Assembly: GCF_009914755.1 (NCBI RefSeq)
Contig: NC_060930.1
Direction: 5' to 3' (one strand)
DNA: 64,000 bases
Source: the human T2T-CHM13v2.0 reference genome, Homo sapiens
A program made the translations under genes and the position numbers. The notes beneath the pieces are model-generated. The model saw only the letters and a program-made list of their open reading frames with translations. It was not told where the DNA came from and ran no database searches. Positions 57,645 through 64,000 of this stretch are shown here, in pieces. Within the stretch, counting starts at the first letter, position 1, and each line of letters starts with the position of its first letter.

Positions 57645-60600
57645 TAACTTTTTCTTCCTTTTTCTGACTTCTATTTTAGGTTTGGGGGGTACATGGCAGG
57701 TTTGTTACATGAGTAAATTGTGTGTCACAGGGGTTTGGTGTACAGATTATTTTGTGACCCAGGTAATCAGCCTAATACCTGATAGATAGTTTTGTTATTC
57801 TGATCCTCCTCCCACTCTCTATCCTCAAGTAGACCTTGGTGTCTGTTATTCCCTTTTTTGGGTCTATGTGTACTCAGTGTTTGGCTCCCACTAATAAGTG
57901 AGAATGTGCAGTATTTGGTTTTATGTTCCTATGTTAATTCACTTAGGATAATGGACTCTAGCTCCATCCATGTTGCTGCAAAGGGCATGATCTCATTCTT
58001 TTTTATAACTGTGTAGTATTCCATGGTGTGTATGTAGCTCATTTTCTTTATCCAGTCCACTTGGATGGGCAGTTAGGTTGATTCCATGTCTTTGCTATTG
58101 TGAATACTGCTGTGATGAATATATGCATGCATGTGTCTTTATGATAGAATAATTTATATTCCTTTAAGTATATACCCAGTAATGAGATTGCTGGGTCTAA
58201 TGGTAGTTTGTGTTCTCTGAGAAATCTCCAAACTGCTTTTCACAGTGGCTGAAATAGTTTACATTCTTACCAGCAGTGTATAAACATTTCCTTTTATCTG
58301 CAACCTTGCCAACATCTGTTATTTTTTGACATTTTAATAATAGCCATCCTGATTGGTGTGAGATGGTTTCTTATTATGGTTTTGATTTACATCTCTCTGA
58401 TGATGAGTGGTGTTGAGCATTTTTTAATATGCTTGTTGGCCTCATGTATGTATTCTTTTAAGAAGTGTCCTGTTCACGTCTTTTGCCCATTTTTTAATGG
58501 GGTTATTTGGTATTTACTTGTCCACTTGTTTAACTTTCTTATAGATTCCGGGTCTTAGACTTTTGTCAGCTGCATAGTTTACAAATATTTTCTCCCATTC
58601 TGTATGTTGTCTGTTTACTCTGTGAATAGTATTTTTTGTTTGTTTTTTGCTGTGCAGAGGCTGTTTAGTTTAATTAGATCATATTTGTCAATTTCTGTTT
58701 TCATTACAATTGCTTTTGTCATCTTCATCATGAAATCTTTGCCAGGGCTGATGTCTAGAATGGTATTTTCTAGGTTATCTTCCAGGGTTTTTACAGTTTT
58801 AGGTTTTATATTTAAGTCTTTAATTCATCTTAAGTTGATTTTTATATATGGTGAAAGGAAAGGGTCCAGTTTCAATCTTCTGCATATGGCTAGCCAGTTA
58901 TGCCAGCATCATTTATTGAATGAGTCCTTTCCCCATTGCTTGTTTTCGTAAGCCTTGTCGAAAATCAGATGGTTGTAGGTATGCATCTTTATTTCTGGGT
59001 TCTCTAACCTGTTCCGTTGGTCTATGTGCTTGTTTTTGTACCAGTGCCATACTGAACTTGTAGTATAGTTTGAAGTCAGGAAGTGTGATGCCTCCAACTT
59101 TGTTCTTTTTGCCTAGGATTGCTTTGGCTACCAAGGCTCTTTTTTGGTTCCATATGAATTTTAGAATGTTTTTCTCTAATTCTGTGAAAAATGTTGTTAG
59201 TAGTTTCATTTTGCACTTGTATACAAGAACTTAAAGTAAAATTTAAAAAAAGAAAAAAAAATGTTGTTAGTAGTTTGATAGAAATAGCATTGAATCTATA
59301 AATTGCTTTGGGTAATATGGCTATTTTAACAATATTGATTTTTTCTATTCATGAGCGTGGAATGTTTTTCCATTTGTCTGTGTCATCTCTAATTTCTTTC
59401 AGTAGTGTTTGGTAATTCTCATTGTAGAGATCTTTCACTTCCCTGGTTGGCCCTATTCCCAGGTATTTTATTCTTTTTGTTGCTACTCTGAAAGGGACAG
59501 TGTTCTCGATTTGGCTCTCAGCTTGGACATTGTTGATCTATGGGAATGCTACTGATTTTTGTACATTGATTTTGTATCCTGAAACTTTACTGAAGTTGTT
59601 TCTGAGATCTAGGAGCATTTGGGCAGAGATTATGGGGTTTTCTAGGTAAAAAATCATATCTTCTGTGGTGAGAGCTAGTTTGACTTCTTCTCTTTCTATT
59701 TGGATGTATTTTATTTCTTTCTCTTGCCTGATTGCTCTGGCTAGGACTTCCAATACTGCGTTGAATGGGAGCGATGAGAGAGGCCATCCTTGTCTTGTTC
59801 CAGTTCTCAAGGAGAATGCTTCCAGCTTTTGCCCATTCGGTATAATGTTGGCTGTGGGTTTTTGTCATAGATGACTCTTATTATTTTGAGGTATGTTCCT
59901 TAAATGCCTAGTTTGTTGAGGATTTTAAACATGAAGGGAAGTTTAATTTTATTATAAGCCTTTCCTTCATCTATTAAGATGATCATGTGGTTTTTGTGCT
60001 TAGTCCTGTTTATGTGATGAATCACATTTAGTGATTTGCATAGGTTGAACCAATCTTGCTTCCCAGGAATAAAGCCTACTTGATCATGGATGATTAGCTT
60101 TTTGATGTGCTGTTGGATTTGGTTTGCTAATATTTTGTTGAGAATTTTTGTGTCTATGTTCTTCAAGGATATTGACTTGAAATTTTCTTTTTAAATTGTA
60201 TCTATGCCAGGTTTTGGTATCAGGATGATGCTGGCCTCATAGGATGAGTTAGGGAGGGGTCCCTCCACCTTAGTTTTTTGAAGTAGTTTCAGTAGGATTG
60301 GTACCAACTCTTCTTTATTTGTCTAGTAGAATTGGCTGTGGATCTACCTGGCCCAGGGCTTTTACTAGTTGGTAAGCTTTTCATTACTGATTCCATTTCA
60401 GAACTCATTATTGGTCTGTTCAGGGTTTCAATTTCTTTCTGGTTCAATCTTGGGAGGTTGTCTGTTTCTAGGAGTTTACCTATTTCTTCTAGATTTTCTA
60501 GTTTGTGTGCCTAGAGGTGTTTATAGTAGTCTCTGAGGGATTTTTGTATTTCTGTGGAGTCAGTGGTTACGTCCCTTTTGTCATTTCTGATTGTTTATTT

Positions 60601-60880
60601 GGATCTTCTCTCTTTTTTTATTAGTCTAGCTAGTGGTCTATCAATCTTATTTATTCTTTCAAAAAGCCAGCTTTTGGTTTTGTTGATCTTTTGTATGTTT
60701 TTTTTTGCATCTCTATTTCCTTTAGTTCATCTCTTATTTTGGTTATTTCTTGTCTTCTGCTAGCTTTGGGGTTGGACTGCTCTTGTTTTTCAAGTTCCTC
60801 TAGGTGTGATGTTTGTTTGTTAATTTGAGATTTTTCTAGCTTTATTATGTGGGTATTTAGCACTATACATTTTCCCCTTT
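57645..60880 (-). mobile_element. Older primate L1 (about L1PA13-16), roughly 3.2 kb of 3'UTR plus ORF2 RT region
   Basis: Minus-strand ORFs give L1 ORF2 peptides ([29 protein letters not shown]; [13 protein letters not shown]; [14 protein letters not shown]). Confidence 0.95.
59207..59256 (+). mobile_element. 50-bp micro-L1 (extreme 3' end plus A tail) nested in the antisense L1
   Basis: cattttgcacttgtatacaagaacttaaagtaaaatttaaaaaaag...; 20-bp TSD aaaaatgttgttagtagttt at 59187-59206 and 59257-59276. Confidence 0.85.
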
Positions 60881-63490
60881 ACAAAAGTAAATAACATATA
60901 TGGATAGTTTGTAAACATCTTCTCAGGCAGCAACTCAAAATAATGTGGAGATAGATGATAATGATATTATGAAGTCAAGTTTATTAATAAGGAATCTGAA
61001 GCTCCAAAAAGTTGTGATTTTAATGATGTTAAATTCCTAGCTCTTTTCATCTTGTTCACTCTAATTGAGTGAGAATTTTTAGAAAGTTTATAGAAGTATT
61101 AATGCCCAAGCAAATAAAGAAGAAAATGCTCTAATCCATGTATCCTGGTCAAACAAGGAACGAGTTAAAGACAGCAATGAGAGTAGTGAGTCATTGGACC
61201 TAGTGGAGGTTTGCCTATGACGCTTGTGGAGAATTTCTTTCTAGATCTGTCATTCTCACTGGATTCCCAGGCAACAGCTGTGACAGACTAAATTGTCTCT
61301 CTCAGATGAGTATAAAATTTCATCTTCCTTCCTCATCAGCAAAATGAAATGAAATGGAGAATTTTGGAAATGGCCTGAAATATTATTGCAGACATTGCTA
61401 TAATTTGGAAATTGTCACATGAGTACACAGAAGATTTGGCAGTTTCAAGAATTCATTCTGGATGTGGCACCAGTTCCAAATCAGCCTATGAGACCATTAT
61501 TTAAAATGCCATCACTGTATTTTACCCCAGATGATTCCTGATGATATTTTATTCAGGAGACATTTGTGGGAGATCTGCTGTGTGCCTCTATCCATTTGCA
61601 TCTGAGAAGAGGAAGACCAGCCTAATGATTTTCAGAAATGAGCCTATGTTAGCATATCTGACCCTGCCCACGGTGTCCCCACATCCTCAGACATCACCTT
61701 AGGCCTGGCTTCACCAAAGAGGCACCTTCTAGTTTTATCTCTCTACCCAGGACTTTTTATTCCTTTGTGGACTCCCTTCCTTTGAAAATCAAATGTTCTC
61801 TCTCTCACATACACACTCTCTCTTTCTTTCTCTTAAGACTCAGCTAATCTGAAAATAACTTGCCCCATTATTTGTCATTCGAAATGTAGTACCCACAAGT
61901 TAAACAAGGTGGGAGGGTGAGTTGTGGCATGCCACCTTGCCAACATGTTCCATTGGGACCATTTCTATGGATGCATTAGTTTACTGCCAGGTGTTAGTAT
62001 TTATAGAAGTTATGGCAACAGTTCTATGAATGTCTCCTTTATCCCTCTACCACAAAATAAGCTTCTAAGAAGTCTGGAAATTCTGAGAGTATATTAGCCA
62101 ATGTGAGTGATCACTATCTAATAGTATATTTTCCAAAAGCCTAGCTTTCTAAAAGAGAGTCTTGAATTTTAGACTGTCATACAAATGTCAGTTAGGTAGC
62201 TTTCCTGCCATAGCAATTAGCCAAGTTAACTAGGTAGCCAAGACAAGGATAACTTGATGATAGATGGTTTGATTTAAGTAAAACCGTGTGATTTTTTTTT
62301 TTTTTTACCAAAAGCATGCTCTGGGTAAGTTAGCAAATCAAAGCAAAGACTATGTCTTTCTATCTGGAATTCCAACAACCATCTAAATTCTTTAATTATA
62401 CAGATAATTTTGCATTTAAAATTTTTGAAGTAGTGGACTATTAACTAGATCTTAGAAATGGTTTGTGAAACTTCAATAAAAGTGTTTCTTGAAAGAAGAT
62501 TTGATTCTCATATATGAAATATGAACCAAGTTAAATGTACAATCTATTGATACCTACATTTGTAGTTACTAAAGGGAATTGAGATAAGCTGATTTTATAG
62601 AGTTATTTCGTTAGATTAAGTCCTTTCTCTCCTTGGAGAAATAACTTAATTAGGTATATGTCACAAATGCAATTAGGTGAGGAATCTTGGCCCTAATTCA
62701 TTTAGTTGAAAGAATTACGAACAATTTGTGACATAGCAAGTAGGTTTTTATCAAGACAGTCTTTTTGAGATCAGCTATTCAAAAAGCAGGGGCACTGGAC
62801 TCTGAACACAAATTTATCTCAAACTTTATCTCGATTCATCTTTGTGGCCTGATGAGGTCATCATTTGAAAAGAATCTAGGTGAATATAATTTATAATACA
62901 GTACCTTACCTATAAATTCTTCTTTATCTCAGTATTGACACAATACTATTCAGGTGGCTTTAGGAGTTATTTGCTTCTATCTGTTAAAAATCACAAAGGA
63001 TAATAATAGAAAAAGACATGTATATTCGGACAGCTATAGAGGCAGACATGTGATTAGAATCGGACCTCCTGTTTCCAAGCACTAGACTCAGGTCACTAGA
63101 TCACAATTACAGCTTTATGCTTTGGCTTGGCAGTTTTGAAAAGCTCTTATTTTTCTTAGCCTTATATTTGACTGCCAGAGACATAATCATTTCTTTACCA
63201 CTCATCATGAACAACAAAGCACTAAATTAGTATCTAGTGTTAAGATGGTAAGCTACAGGTATATTTAAGTTAGGAAAGAATTTCTTATTTGGAAAAAGAA
63301 GTTATATTTTGTAACTTCCTTTGTTTAACTAATTTATATAGGCAGGTTAGTAGTACACTATACATGTATTTTTTTAATGTTTAAATTTAAAACATTTAGG
63401 CAAAGGAGTTTTGTCTAAAATAATATTCCTTAGCTTACTGATTCTTAATAATTAATCAAAACCAATATATTTTAATGATTTACATTACTG

Positions 63491-63591
63491 AAAAACTGTA
63501 ACATAAGCTTATTTAAAACCTTTAAAAAACTATAACAAGCTTATTTAAAACCTTTAAAAACTACAACATAAGCTTATTTACAACCTTTAAA
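63491..63591. repeat. Minisatellite, 3 copies of about 32-34 bp
   Basis: aac(at)aagcttattta(a/c)aacctttaaa repeated three times. Confidence 0.92.
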
Positions 63592-63685
63592 TAGAGTCTG
63601 TAAAACAGTACATTCAGTGAAATCTAGTTTTATTCCTATTCTTCTACCTTGTTAGACTGTACATAATCTCTCTCTCAAAAAGACT

Positions 63686-63717
<32 letters not shown>

Positions 63718-63783
63718 TATGTACATATATAGTATGTGTACATATATGTATGTGTACGTATGTGTGTGTGTGTTTATATATAC

Positions 63784-63826
<43 letters not shown>
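63686..63826. repeat. Complex (TG)/(TA)/(GA) microsatellite
   Basis: Direct reading. Confidence 0.97.
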
Positions 63827-64000
63827 ACCAAAAGAGAATCTAACAGAGTAGAAAAAGGAGAAGGATCACTGGGAAACTTAATGCATATGTGGGGGATATC
63901 AAATAAGCCCAGCAAAAAGAAAAAGCAAAGAAGCCTTGAGAAAGGACTGCAACATTGAATGCCTTCTCCAACCCACCCACAGATTGATCAGAAGTGGATG

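Noticed and set aside
57645-60880. Functional reverse transcriptase gene
   Set aside because: Fragmented by stops, frameshifts and a nested insertion; it is a 5'-truncated L1.
63491-63591. CRISPR-like array
   Set aside because: Eukaryotic intron with adjacent tandem units and no unique spacers.
63840-63880. GAA AAA GGA GAA GGA as the next collagen exon
   Set aside because: No Gly-X-Y register and no polypyrimidine acceptor.

Overview
AT-rich, CpG-depleted primate (very likely human) genomic DNA lying inside the collagen XIX gene, COL19A1, on the + strand. Four short phase-0 coding exons are visible: 126 bp (end of the N-terminal non-collagenous region), then 63, 45 and 45 bp Gly-X-Y exons. 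The rest is intron packed with Alu, L1, SVA, L2, MIR, LTR and DNA-transposon remnants. Nearly all supplied ORFs are spurious or repeat-derived. There are no prokaryotic systems, CRISPR arrays or RNA genes. Two things stand out. First, an apparently dead but perfectly in-register 54-bp collagen exon (13496-13549, GAVGNKGEFGAPGIPGEK) with an intact acceptor and a donor reading AT instead of GT. Second, about 260 bp upstream of it, a 201-bp inverted duplication (8 mismatches, no indels) of sequence I do not recognise as a repeat, able to fold into a long pre-mRNA hairpin. Repeat family names and the gene name come from recalled consensus and protein sequences, not from a database search, and boundaries of old repeats are approximate.
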